Shown here: positions 13,836 to 26,204 of the stretch, in pieces
Layout: every line of letters begins with the position of its first letter
How positions within the stretch are numbered: the first letter of the stretch is position 1
NCBI GenBank assembly: GCA_022605425.2
Contig: JAKIMF020000001.1
Coordinates: forward strand, 2,232,001 to 2,296,000
DNA from: Hamiltosporidium tvaerminnensis FI-OER-3-3
Lineage: Eukaryota > Fungi > Microsporidia
DNA length: 64,000 nt
Direction: 5' to 3'
Made by a program: the position numbers and the translations under genes
The notes under the pieces: generated by a model
What the model saw: only the letters and a program-made list of their open reading frames with translations
The model's database searches: none
Told to the model about the DNA's origin: nothing

Positions 13836-16800
13836 TTTCACAAACAAAGCGATGTCATGTTTTGTCTTTATAAAACTTCTAAACTGTTTAAGATTCTACA
13901 CTATATACTTTATTGGTTAGAATAGAAAAATAAGATAAGGAAACCACAGAATCGAAAAAGTCAGCTTATTATAAAATAATAGGAAATTATCTGAAGAAAA
14001 GCAAATAAAATTAAAACATAAACGAACTGTTAGGTTCTATAAAAAGTTGCTTTAAATCAAGACAGCTCAAAGAGGAGAAAAACTCTTTTATTGGGTCTTT
14101 TAAACGCAATATTGAGCTTAAATATATATTATTATGAGCTTTCTCTTTTGTCTATATTTTTTTTCATCTAAAATTAACAAAACCGAAGAAAAATTTATTT
14201 AAAAGTATGATACAAGAATTATTTTAACATATACTTTTGTCAATAAAATATTTTTAATCAAAACAGTAAGTCATATTACGCTTGTGCCATTTATTTCTCT
14301 AATTATTCGTTTTTCTACCCAAATAGCATATCGATTCAAACAAAAGAAATATAAACAACCGCATTAAGCCCAAATTGGAAAGGTGAAGTTTTAAGGTGTT
14401 ACTGAGCAGAAAAACATAAAACACGAAAAGCATAACATATTCTGAGGACTGATATTTAATCTAAAATTTAAACGGCAAAATACACTTAGATATATACCTT
14501 TTTTGGAAACTTCTTCTTTTGTTTTTTATGAGAACATATAAAATCCGCGAAATTAATTGGTTGTGTTAATATATATTTATTTTACACCTTTGGGTCATGT
14601 TTTTGAAAGATTTCTTGCCAAAACTGATAATCGACATCATGTCTTATATATTTGTGGGTTGTACAAAAATTTCTTAATTTAAAAGGCTACATTTATATCA
14701 TCGTTTTAAACATTCTGATATATAAAAGAGGCAAAATGTTCATTTATTTCGCATTTTTCCTAAGATTTAATATTTTCAAACTTTTTTTTCAACACAAATT
14801 CGTTTTTCAATATAAAATAGCCAATAAAACCATTAATTAAAGGCACCATATTGAATATTTAGCTTTATTTCGGGTAAACCTTAAGGTTTTTTTACCTTTA
14901 AAACTATAATTATTTTTCAGTGTATATAATTTTCGTTTCTAAAAATAATTTGATTATGAATTTAACCATTAGCATCATACTTCTCGCATTTAAATTCTAA
15001 TAAATTTAACATTTTGGATTAAATTTACAATCATATGACTAGTATAATACATATCCCTCACATAATTTAATTGTCTTAAAAAATTACTGCTTAATCATAA
15101 TAGCTAGCATAATAAACTCATAGTTTTTTTACATATCTAATTCAAGTAAATATTAATATAAATTACTAATCTGCACTATAGTCAAAAAAAATTAATATTG
15201 GGATACTTCATATGCTTGTGTATCATGTAATGAAAATATAAGTTCTATAATTTTATAACTTAAAATTGCCAAAAAAATATTCATCTAAAATTTTATTTTA
15301 AATAATCTTAGCCATATTTAATTCCATAGAAATTATTTTTATTTTTAATAAACATGTGATAGGAATATGGGTTAAGTAGTTGATATGCTTTCGTAATATA
15401 GGAATTTTAGTTTGGAAAGCTATAAAATTTCTGAAATAAGTTAAAATATGTTTTGATATTGTTTTAGACAATAAAGGTATTTTTTAACTGAAAAAAACTT
15501 TTCATATAATTATGATCAAATTTTTTAATATAAATTCATATGAAGAGTAAAACCTTAAAATATTATTTATTGGAAGCTATTTTGCTATCTATAAACTCAA
15601 ATTTAAAAAATTTAATAATTTCAGCTAAAGAATTTACTAAAAAAATATATATTTCTGGAATAGAGTTTAGATTAAATATAGGTAAAAGACTGATTGAAAT
15701 TGTAAAAATAATCGAAAAATAGAGATACATATAATCATTAGTAAATAATAATAAGATATTTATTTGTAGGTAAATCATTTTTTTAAAGGTGAAATATTGT
15801 TAAAGTTCACTTGAAAATTTTCTGCGATTGAAACAAAATTTATTCAAATAAAACCTTTAGCCGAAATATCAAATCAAGATTCACCGATTTTACTATCTCA
15901 CAAACCAGCGTGTATTTTAAGAATAGAAAGAAAGTTTAGATAATTGTAACATGAAGGAAAATCTGAGTTAATATGTATGGGCTTATTAAGAAAAAATACA
16001 AGCGTCTGAAGTTACCAGAAGTAATATTAATTTGATCTATTGATTATTTTTTGTGATTATATCTATTTAAAAATTACCAAAACTTTTCGATTAAATATTT
16101 TGAGGATAAATTGTCTAGAATTTAAATATAGAGGGTGTTTATAAGGATATTAAGTTTTTGAATACTTGCACACAAAGTTAGATAAAATATTTTATAAGAT
16201 TTCTATATGAAAAGAACTGTTTACTTAAGCAAATCAGCTTCAAGTATTTGAGATATAAAAGGTTTTGAATATGTAATTTCTTTTCAAAGGACCTAAATCT
16301 TACCGTTTAAAATTTTTTCCTAATGTTCTGTTGCTTAATTTAAAAAATATTTATACGATTTGATCCAGAAATATCTTTTTGAATGTTAAAAAAAATATAA
16401 ACTGATGAGAGATTATAAATCATTCGCTTAATCATGGAAAGATATTGAATTTAGACTGACTAAAATTACACACAAGAAAGAAAATATAGATTTGATCTAG
16501 GAGTTTAGAAAGAAAATCATATATCGCTTAATATACCCAAAATTCATGAAAATAATAAGATAATAAGTCTAATTGTATTTTATCGGTAGATACTACCATC
16601 GAAATCAAGCTAAGCATAACATACAAGAAGAAAAAATCTAGATATTAGAGAGCAAAAGCAACCATGAAGAGTAATTTTAACAACATACTTACTTATTCAA
16701 TGGCATCACTGAATTTTAACAACAACCAATGTTACCATTTAATTTATCCGAATATTAAATGAAATTACAAAAATAAAAAAATTTTTTGTTCTATTGGTTT

Positions 16801-17090
16801 ACAATTACAAATCATAATATGTAAAAATTTTAAGAAACAAATAAAATACGAATTAAATAAATAAAATTTTTGATGTAATACTGATTTAAATATATACATT
16901 TTTAAATAAACCATTTAAAATTCTTAAACATAAAATTTTTAATTGAAAATATTTATAAAATGAATTATATTGTGTTTTAAACATTAAATCAGAATGATGA
17001 TGTAAAATTTTAAATGTTTATCGAGTTAATTTTTTCAATTGATTATATCAAGATAATAAAAGTATTTATACGTAGAAAAATTGTTGAAAT

Positions 17091-17801
17091 ATGACAGAAA
17101 TAAATTGCACAAGAAGAAGAAGAATCATAATATTCATAGCTATTGTTCTTTTAGCTACAATAACATTTTTTGTTTTTTGTCATTTTGAAGCCAAAAGATT
17201 TAATCAGAAATATTTGAACAAAGTAAACGACTATATTAAAAGCAATGAAGAAAAAAGCGTAGAAAAATTTACCAAAGTAGGATTATTGTCATTAGTTATT
17301 CATGCAGAAAACGATTTGAAAGAAGGTGATATATTCTACTATGAAAATGTGCCTGAAGAGGAAAAGAAAAAGGACATTGAGCATGTAGAAAACATCATGA
17401 AGGGTGAAAACCCATCAGAAGAATCAATAGCCGAAGAACCAGAATATGAAAAATTTCCTCAAGATTGGGAAAAGGAAAAATTCGATAAACTCACTGAAAT
17501 TGAAGGAAACAATTTTTTTTCCAAACTTGGACTTTGTAGCACATTACGAAATGCAGAAGTAAATCTCTTCCTGGGACTTCACACGTTTTTATCCGATAGA
17601 ATACAAGACAGTATACCAGAAAAAGATCTTGCATTATATATTGCCATGGAAAAAAACAAAATATCAGTTTTAAGTTCTTGTTCTGATCCTCAACGAAATT
17701 CATTTACCCACTTTAAATCAATCGATTTTGAATTACCTGAAGATAAAGAAGAAGAAACAACTAAAACAATATCATATTTTATTTTTGGAAGTGCTACATG
17801 A
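17091..17801 (+). CDS. Hypothetical N-terminally membrane-anchored protein (paralog of 34761-35525)
   Basis: 236-aa ORF; RRRR followed by a hydrophobic segment; C-terminal block similar to the 254-aa ORF. Confidence 0.8.
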   Translation: MTEINCTRRRRIIIFIAIVLLATITFFVFCHFEAKRFNQKYLNKVNDYIKSNEEKSVEKFTKVGLLSLVIHAENDLKEGDIFYYENVPEEEKKKDIEHVENIMKGENPSEESIAEEPEYEKFPQDWEKEKFDKLTEIEGNNFFSKLGLCSTLRNAEVNLFLGLHTFLSDRIQDSIPEKDLALYIAMEKNKISVLSSCSDPQRNSFTHFKSIDFELPEDKEEETTKTISYFIFGSAT

Positions 17802-18504
17802 TTCATATAAATAAAGTTTTGTTCCTATATTTTTTTGGTTTCAAAAATTGTATTAAAAATTTTAATATTTTTACATGATCCTCCAAATTTTAGTAAACAC
17901 CAGTATTTGCAGCCATTCCTTTAAATTTATCGCTTAGATCTAAAATTACTTGATCTATAGTAAATATTAGTCATATGAAATCCTTAAATGTCAATTTCGA
18001 ATGTACTTAATATAATTATAGCTCGAAAAAAGATATCAGAGTCAGTTTAAAAATTCCAAATTATCAATTTATGGATCTAATAATTTTATATTATGTTTAT
18101 TTTACTAGAAAATTTTGTTAAAATAATAATATATTGATTTACTTACAAAAAAATCTTTAGATCAAATCTTTTTGAATATTACAAAGAACACTTCTACGCA
18201 TTTATTTATTTCCTTTAAGCTGTTTAAAAAGAAATAAAATTTATATCTCATTCTATATTTACATGTTTATTTTAATACTTTTTTTGATGAATCTCTCGAC
18301 TAGTCAAGATTTTTGCTCAGGATTACCATTAGAAATTCTATAATCCATCAAAAACAGAAATATTTCAATTTTAAAAAAAAACTTTTAAACTTGATGCTCT
18401 GTTATTTATAAAATTAAAATAACAACACCTCCTTTTCCCTATTATATCAAAGATATTTTTCTTATAAATCAAAAAATAGAAGAAATTCAGCCTTTTGTTG
18501 TATG

Positions 18505-19620
18505 TTTATTTAATTTAAATCGGTGTTGAGAAATTTTCATTTTTTAAATAATTTCTTCCCTTATTTTCACTACTTCTTTATTTTCTCTGGATCCAACTCT
18601 TTATATGTTTATTGTCGGTTCTTCAACTGTGGTTATGCCATCTAAAATAAGGATCAAATATTTTTTGATTTACTTGTTTAACACCATCTCATTTTTTATT
18701 CACATGCTTTAAAGAGAGTCTTAGTTGTTTATCTATCTCTATTTCTTCAATTACATTTAATGGCACACTTTAGCTGTCTTTGGACTTTGGTCCTGACTCA
18801 GGTCCTTCTCGTCAATAGAAAAGAATGATTTTTTTCGTTTTTTAACTTCTACCGACCAAATTTATATTTCATTTTTAAAATTATCTGGTCTATTTTACGG
18901 AAATATTGCGGAATTTGCTGCAAAAATATTTCATATGATCACATTTGAAATGTGCTCCGTTTTCAACTTAAACATAAGATTCAAGTTATTAGCCAATGAG
19001 ACTTACCTACTTGGCTTTCTGTTTCAATTATTTGAAGCAAATCATGTAAAGTGATTCCGACTGTAAATAAAGTAATCAAATTGTTACTCTTGTCTAAAGT
19101 AAACATATTCAGTTCACTAATACAAATCTTTACATTGGTTCTCTAGGGGAAATCTTATTTTCGCGTACTCGATTCCAAGAACTTTTTGATCTGAATAATT
19201 TTTAATCCTCTTTGTAGACTAAATTGTACGTTTATTTAATAGGACTAGATTTAGGTATCAAATAACTTAATTTGGCCACCTAGCATAGACCTGTCTAAAT
19301 ATTTTGATATATCTAGTGGCTAAATATGATACCATATCAGACTGATTGCTGTTAATACTTTCCTTTGATTTCCAAAATAAATTTCTATACTAAATAGAGC
19401 AGAATAATGCTTCCTCGGTGGTATAATATTTCTTTTTTTTAGCCATCTTGAAGAACTACTAACCACGAGCATATTTTATGCATTATATAACTTTAAATGA
19501 AGTTTTCATTTTTCAATTTCGTTACTAAATTTGCTGGTTTATCCTCTTCGAATTTTTTTTCTTTTTTTTTCCAGCATTTATTGATTACTTACGTAATTTA
19601 TTTTATTTATGCAAGGTGGG
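18505..19620 (-). mobile_element. Decayed R4/Dong-like LINE 3' fragment
   Basis: Reverse complement matches LINE segments, e.g. CCTTATTTTAGATG..GAAGAACCGACAATAA and TCTTCAAGATGGCT. Confidence 0.8.
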
Positions 19621-19658
19621 CTAATTATTTATAAAATAGTATTTTTTATTAATTTATA

Positions 19659-20396
19659 GTGGAGGGAGGATAACCACATAATAAACTTTCTACTTGGCAA
19701 TGAGTGTGTGAAATTGGTGTGAGGATCATTTTTTGGATTTTTGGTGGGAATACAACCACACTACATCTTCGGTTGTTCCATGGGAGTTGTTATGAGGAGG
19801 AGAGGTCTAAGAAATGGAGAAACTTTTTCTACGAATTTATTTGTAGTTTTTTATGTAACCAGATTGCAGACCGCAGCTGAACATGTAGGTAATTGCCATG
19901 TAAAAGCATGGAAAACTAGCCTTTCTCACTCGGGTTAGAAGACTTAGCGCCTGGGAGATATAAAAATAAAACCCATTAAAAGCCGGGAGAGCTAAGTAGC
20001 AGGTTATACCTGTTGGTATGACATTGCACTGTCTAGGTGGAACCCATGTAAATCTCTGAAATATATCTTAGCTAGAAGTTTATTGGGTTCAGAAAGTGTA
20101 GAGTAAGTGGGAATGCTGCATAGTCTTGGGGGAGCCCAGGGGGGGCTTCGGCCTTCGATCAAACTCCATGCAACGGACATAACGAACTCCGGGCAACTGC
20201 CTCGCCTATTAATTAGGTTCTACACACCTGGTAGATGAAAGGCTTTGGGACGTAGGTATCGCAGGGGTTACCGATGGAGTGTTGGGTTAGCAGTCATTTA
20301 TGTTAAACCTAGAACTGCGTTAATGTCATAAAAACAAATATAACACTTGCCACTATTTTAAAAAGATGTGATACTTTTAAATAAAGATCTATTAAA
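19659..20396 (+). mobile_element. Long (~730 nt) structured non-coding SINE-like element, copy 1
   Basis: Closely similar to 32867-33577, 59169-59898 (-) and 61790-62526; TSD TTT(T/C)ATTAATTTATA at 19644-19658 and 20397-20411. Confidence 0.9.
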
Positions 20397-20658
20397 TTTC
20401 ATTAATTTATATAAAGATTTAATTTAAAGAATAGGCAGAAGACTAGTATATTAACAATTTTAAACCACTAATTTGTTTTTAATTAACAGTTTTGTTGATG
20501 AATTAATCAATAAAACTTTTTTATAATTTTTTAATACAAAATTAATTTTGGTTGTGAATAAATCTTAAAAAAAAATCATTAAATTACGAAATAGTTTATT
20601 ATTTAAAAAAACACGTTTTGACGGGCAATTTTGAACCAGAAATCTTATACGCTTAATA

Positions 20659-22077
20659 TTAGAACCTATCTTTTATACTTCTAAAGACCATACCACTTAA
20701 TATTTGTTTTTGTAATCTAAGTTTGCTCAAAAGATCTTTTAGGCTATTCTTTCTGTCACACCTATTCAATTCCTTACTTTTTAATTCTTTTCTTATGGCA
20801 ACAATTTCTGATTGCAATTTTTCATCGAAACTATCATTTTTCAGATTCTTATAAATTGCATTTATTCTTTCTTCTAGTAGACATAGTTTTTCATTCAAAA
20901 TTTGGTATTTATTTTCTACAAACTCAACTTTTCTTTTCAAATCATTTTCCTTTGAAATGAGAACATTTTCTTTTTCAGGAAAACTTTCTTTTATACTATT
21001 TAATTCTATAAAAATTATTTTATATTCATCTAAAAGCTCGGTTCTAAATTTTGTAAATATTTTTTCAAAAATCAAATCTGACATTTTATTTGTTTTTTCT
21101 TTAATTTTTAAAAGTTCTCTTTTTCTGTTAGAAACACTTTCTAAAAGCATTGAAGCACGATCATTAGGATCTCTTTCTTTAATCAATGAACTTTTTCTTC
21201 CAAAATATTGATTAAGATTTTTTTCTTGAAATTCAATATAAAATATATATTTTTCAGAGACACATATATTTCCATAAAAACCCAAAATAATATCTTTAGA
21301 AAGTAAAAGCGGTTTATCTTCAATTAAAATCAGTTCATCACCGTAACAAAATAGATTGTTTTTATAAATACTTATATTTGCATTGTTCTTTTTATAAATA
21401 TGGTCAAGATTCAAAACACCAAATTCTTTTTTATAAATTTCATATCCTGTCCCATAGCAAATACAAATTTTATTGTTCAATACAATTATTTTATCCGCTT
21501 TTTCATAAATGAAATGAACAGGTTCTGGTATCATTTTTAATGGATTTTTTAAAATACATCTGTATGAATATAAAATCGAAGGAATATCAAATATAAATCC
21601 ATTTTCAGTTAAAACATATGATTTATCATTTATATTAAAAATATCTGTAATATTTCCTGTATTAATATTTTTAATTTTATTATTTACTTCAATAAGTTCA
21701 AGACCGTCTTTTTTTGAATATATTTGGATATAATCTGCATTAAAAATAAAAATAATAAAATTTTCATCTGAAATAGAAGATATTATTACACGGGTAGGTA
21801 TGTCTTCAACTAGGAATTCGTTTATTACAATTAAAACATCTTCTGATTGCTGACATAAGAAAACAACATTACCACATAAAACGATTAAATATTCGCCAAA
21901 GGTGTATAGACCATCAATCTTTTTTTTACTTTTAAATTTTAGAAATGTTACTTGGTCATAGTTATATACATTTCGGAAATAAATTGATTTTGAGTCTGAA
22001 ATATATATTTTACTGCCAAGTAATGTTGAAATAGAAATATTGTCTTTAGAAGTTTTGGATATTTGTGATATTTTCAT
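20659..22077 (-). CDS. Hypothetical protein with beta-rich N-terminus and coiled-coil C-terminus (Nup82/Nup88-like architecture, tentative)
   Basis: Long ORF; likely ATG at 22077 preceded by GGGCATAAAA; short beta-strand-like segments followed by a heptad-rich tail. Confidence 0.7.
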   Translation of the reverse strand: MKISQISKTSKDNISISTLLGSKIYISDSKSIYFRNVYNYDQVTFLKFKSKKKIDGLYTFGEYLIVLCGNVVFLCQQSEDVLIVINEFLVEDIPTRVIISSISDENFIIFIFNADYIQIYSKKDGLELIEVNNKIKNINTGNITDIFNINDKSYVLTENGFIFDIPSILYSYRCILKNPLKMIPEPVHFIYEKADKIIVLNNKICICYGTGYEIYKKEFGVLNLDHIYKKNNANISIYKNNLFCYGDELILIEDKPLLLSKDIILGFYGNICVSEKYIFYIEFQEKNLNQYFGRKSSLIKERDPNDRASMLLESVSNRKRELLKIKEKTNKMSDLIFEKIFTKFRTELLDEYKIIFIELNSIKESFPEKENVLISKENDLKRKVEFVENKYQILNEKLCLLEERINAIYKNLKNDSFDEKLQSEIVAIRKELKSKELNRCDRKNSLKDLLSKLRLQKQILSGMVFRSIKDRF

Positions 22078-22339
22078 TTTTATGCCCTCAAAATTTTTGA
22101 ATTGTTTTTTATTTAAAAAATAGAAGGTGAACACGAATTATTTTTATTTTTAATTTTAATATAATAAGAAGAAAAAACTTGAGCTAGTAAATGTAAAGCA
22201 ATGACAACGCCATATTTATTATGGATATAAGCTAAGTATTGATTCCTTAGTATCAAATACAGTCTTATATTTCAATTAAAGTAAAAATATAAATAAAAAT
22301 ATAAATATTAAATTTAAAAAAAAATCAAAATTTTTTTGC

Positions 22340-22790
22340 ATGAATATTCGTGACACAAAGGTAACACCAAAAAGTTGTTAAGATTCGTAATAATAGACCC
22401 GATATATTTATTTTAGACAAAATTTGAAGAAAAGGATTTTAGAAGAAGATTTATCTACAATAAAGACTATGTTTGATTGCTAAGATAAAAATCTACAATT
22501 GCTATAAACCCATTTATTCAAAAGAAAAATTCTCGACACGCCTAATAAAATAGTGAAAATTTAATTCACTTTACACTGATTTCTCATCTGTAGAGAAAGA
22601 AACAGGCTATAATTAAAAACCTACGAAATATGACATAAAATGAACAACTTAATCCTATTTATAAAGGTAGTGTCGAAATAATTTATTATGTTATAGCCTG
22701 GGATAGTATTGTTACAAAATATTAAACAAAACCTCAATTAGCGGTCAGAATAGAGGCACCCGTTCAATGCATAGTACTAAAAATATCATT
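22340..22790 (+). mobile_element. Decayed R4/Dong-like LINE fragment (RLE region)
   Basis: AAGATTCGTAATAATAGACCCGATATATTTATTTTAGAC encodes KIRNNRPDIFILD; GCCTGGGATAGTATTGTTACAAAATAT also matches. Confidence 0.75.
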
Positions 22791-22884
22791 CTATCTTTAT
22801 TTATAGAGGCAGGAATATTTAAACCTAAAAAATTCTTGAATAATTAAAACCAATTTTATAAATATAGAATATAAATATGAATTA

Positions 22885-23092
22885 AGGAAGGAAGGATAAC
22901 TACATTAAAAACTATCTGATTAGCAATGGATGTAAATATCTTTGTGGTATTGTGTTGAGACAGAACCACACTAAATATATAGGCAAATCCCTATAATCTT
23001 TAGTTACAACAGATTAAAAGAAATAAATATAAACCTTTAATTTGTTCATCCTCGACACCAAGAGGTAAAAGAGGAATGGAATGAGTATGTAA
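22885..23092 (+). mobile_element. Short (~210 nt) SINE-like element sharing its head with the long family
   Basis: GGATAACTACATTAAAAACTATCTG head; CCCTATAATC; TTGTTCATCCTCGACACCAAGAGGTAAAAGAGG tail. Confidence 0.8.
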
Positions 23093-23348
23093 GGATTAGG
23101 GTATTTCAAGTGTATAAAACTACATGATATTTTTACAGCAATAAAGAAGAAGTGTTTGATTAAAACAAACATTTTAACTTGGAGTGGTTTACTTTTAGAA
23201 CTTTTAGAAATATTGAAATAAACATGATTTAGAGAATGCGAGGAACCAGAATATGAAATACACAATAAAAATCGCAACATATACTCACCTGGCTAAAAAT
23301 CAAATCAGATAAATTAAAAACATAAAATCTTCTAATTTTTATCGGCCC

Positions 23349-24164
23349 ATGTTACTTTGTATTTTAGGACCAAAAAAATCCGGAAAACATGCTTTTACAA
23401 ATTATCTCTGTAACTTGTCATACACATACATAGACTATTCACCAGATTTATCTTCTACACTTATATGTGAATCCAAATGGAATAAATCTTTAGTAACAAT
23501 ACTTCCTGATCCTGAATCGTGGTTAAATTTAAGAAAGCGACCATTTGTTCATCTTATAATAATTTACGCACCTTCAAAATCAATATGGCGTAATTCAAAC
23601 GATGATTCTTTCTTTTTGAAAGTGCTAAATTTAAAACTCGATAAAAGCATTACTCAATGTACAGAAATCCCTAATTACAGTACTATTGAATCTTTATTTT
23701 CATTTGTTAGTACACTAGATTTTAATATTCGTCCTACTTTTGACAAATACTTTATGGATGTAGCAGTTAGCGTGTCTCTACGATCTAATTGTATGAAAAT
23801 GAAGATTGGGGCAATTATAGTTAAAGATAAACGTATAATTGCAACTGGATATAATGGTACACCTAAATCAATGTTGAATTGCTTCGAAGGAGGATGTAAT
23901 AGGTGTAATAGTAATGTAGGTAACAATAAAGGATTGACATATTGTGTTTGTATTCACGCAGAAGAATCTGCTTTATTAAATATCGGATATGAAAGATGTG
24001 TAAATTCGTATATCTACGTCACACATTTTCCATGCCAGCTTTGCTTCAGAAAAATTGTCCAAATGGGAATTAAAAAAGTACTTTATCGGTTTAAATATTC
24101 ATTAGAAGATGATATTGTTAATGATTATTTTAAAAGTTCTGATATTGAAACAGAATCTATATAA
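23349..24164 (+). CDS. DCD1: dCMP deaminase with N-terminal P-loop-like domain
   Basis: RPTFDKYFM, RSNCMK, IIATGYNGTP, CIHAEE and PCQLC motifs; N-terminal GPKKSGK as in fungal Dcd1; CCC directly before the ATG. Confidence 0.93.
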   Translation: MLLCILGPKKSGKHAFTNYLCNLSYTYIDYSPDLSSTLICESKWNKSLVTILPDPESWLNLRKRPFVHLIIIYAPSKSIWRNSNDDSFFLKVLNLKLDKSITQCTEIPNYSTIESLFSFVSTLDFNIRPTFDKYFMDVAVSVSLRSNCMKMKIGAIIVKDKRIIATGYNGTPKSMLNCFEGGCNRCNSNVGNNKGLTYCVCIHAEESALLNIGYERCVNSYIYVTHFPCQLCFRKIVQMGIKKVLYRFKYSLEDDIVNDYFKSSDIETESI

Positions 24165-25298
24165 TTGAAAGAATGCTTTAATTGTGACTTATTTTTTTGG
24201 AAATTTTTTTTTCGGGTTCTATTTAAACGTAACTCGTATTTTTTAATGAATTATTACTAAATCTACCTTTTTGTATTATTTTATTTACTTTTTAAATCTA
24301 ATCTTATTGAATTTTCATTAAAAGTAAGTTACATAGATAAGCTAATAATTAAATATAGAATTTCTATTTATATTTCTTGAAGTAGTTATCAAAAAAAATT
24401 GCTATTTTTTTTAAAATGTTTTATCTGATAAGAAAACATTTTATTTCGATATTTACTAATTTTATTCTATCTTTTCGCTCTTTTATTCCTACTTTTGCTT
24501 TTTTTAACTCAAATGTTTTATTTAGATCATTATATAATTGTAGAAGGTTTATAAATTTTGGCATCTGGTTCTTCAAAAACTTTTTTTTTATTGGTTTCTA
24601 ACTGAGTTTGTTTTATGTGTTATTATGTCCTACTTTTCATTATTGAAATCAGACTGTTTCGTATCCCAGCTCTCCGCAGTATTTGCTCATAGCTCTCAAC
24701 CTCATTTTAACTCGGAATAAATGTTTCGGTTATTTTTGATTGTTATTGACTGGATACAAGCATATATTCTTACTTTTATTTGAAGTTTTTAATTCATATC
24801 TTATAGTATTTATTAAAATATATTTCAAGGTCAGCACATAAGAGATTTTATCTACGCAAAAATATAAACAAGACTAAGTCATTGAACATAACTAATCAAA
24901 TAAAAAAAATAAGTTAATATATAATTTTAAACTAAAAAGTTTAAAATAGTTAGTTATTTTAAAAATCAAAATCAAAATCAAAATCAAAATTTAAATCAAA
25001 GAAAACTTAATATTAACTTTAAACTAATGAATACTTAAATTTTATTTCATTGTAAAATTAATTATTTCTTTTACGTATTTTTTAATTTTCTTTTAAGTGA
25101 TAATAAAAAAAATATTCAAAAACTTTAGAAAATTATACTCAACGGAAAAAAAAAGTAAACCAGACAACAAAAAAATGAAAAAATATACTTTTTTAAGAAA
25201 TAAATAATTATTTATGACAATTTTTAAAGAAAATTATAAACGATAATACAAGATAGAATTAAAACGAATATGAAAATATTACATCCATTCATATTTAA

Positions 25299-26204
25299 TT
25301 ACAAGAAATAACCCGGCAGTCCTACAGATGAAGGTTTCTGAGGTGTATCTTTGAAAATTAGAAAATTCTTACCTGTAATATCATTTTCATCTACACGTAA
25401 AACACTTGCTAGGTTACCACATCTATAACAATAATTTGGTGCACTCCATACAGTTACAGCACATTTTTCTTTAAAATGCATTTGATATCCTGTAAAAGCC
25501 AACTGATGTGATCTTACCAACATGGTAAGATTATTTATTTCTAAAAACTTTTTTGTGACTTCGCTACCAAATGTATAACCTGCGCCTCGGCTATTTTTAG
25601 AAAATCCTGGGTTTAATTCGTCTGGATCGCTCCACATAAGATCATTTACAAAATGATTATCAGGAAGTTTATTCAATCTATAGATTCTATTTATCTCATC
25701 TATATCCAAGAGACTTGGAGAAAGTCCACCGTGTACACAAAATATTCTGCCATTTACTAAACAGGCATTTATTAAACATTCAAATACGTCACAACAATAC
25801 CTCCATACCCTACTATTTCCATATTTTTTTGCTACTTCGTCATAAAAACCATAAATTTTTGTCAAATCTTTAGATTCGTGATTTCCCCGAATCAAAAAAA
25901 TATTTGAAGGGTACATTATTTTGTAAACCAGCAGTAAACAAAAACATTCCAAACCATTCGCTCCTCGATCAACATAATCACCAAGAAAAATATATTTTCT
26001 TGATTTAGGTGTCCCATTTATTTTAAAAATTGTCAATAAATCGTAATATTGTCCGTGTATATCTCCACATATAAGAACAGGTGAAGGAACATTTACCATG
26101 TTAGGTTCGTTTAAAAGTATTTCACATGCTTTATCACAAATATCACCTATTTCTTCTTCTTTCAACATTACATCTGTTAGAAGAGCATTTAAGTAATTTT
26201 CCAT
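25299..26204 (-). CDS. PP2A-family Ser/Thr phosphatase catalytic subunit (PP4/PP6, Pph3/Sit4-like)
   Basis: GDIHG, GDYVDRG, RGNHE, VTVWSAPNYCYRCGN and C-terminal YFL; CCC before the ATG. Confidence 0.95.
   Translation of the reverse strand: MENYLNALLTDVMLKEEEIGDICDKACEILLNEPNMVNVPSPVLICGDIHGQYYDLLTIFKINGTPKSRKYIFLGDYVDRGANGLECFCLLLVYKIMYPSNIFLIRGNHESKDLTKIYGFYDEVAKKYGNSRVWRYCCDVFECLINACLVNGRIFCVHGGLSPSLLDIDEINRIYRLNKLPDNHFVNDLMWSDPDELNPGFSKNSRGAGYTFGSEVTKKFLEINNLTMLVRSHQLAFTGYQMHFKEKCAVTVWSAPNYCYRCGNLASVLRVDENDITGKNFLIFKDTPQKPSSVGLPGYFL

Noticed and set aside
19741-19938. 65-73 aa ORF recurring in long-element copies (also 59617-59838)
   Set aside because: Non-ATG starts, frame-disrupting indels between copies and no domain similarity; recurrence is explained by the repeat itself
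19659-20385. Long element as a twister, hammerhead, group I/II intron, SRP, RNase P or telomerase RNA
   Set aside because: Only isolated look-alike words (GTGGAGGG, TAACACTTGCC, CCAGG..AGCAGGT, CATAGTC); the required partner motifs or stems are missing and no telomere template is visible
19659-20396. Long element as a solo LTR or MITE
   Set aside because: No TG..CA termini or TIRs, and TSDs are 13-15 bp rather than 4-6 bp
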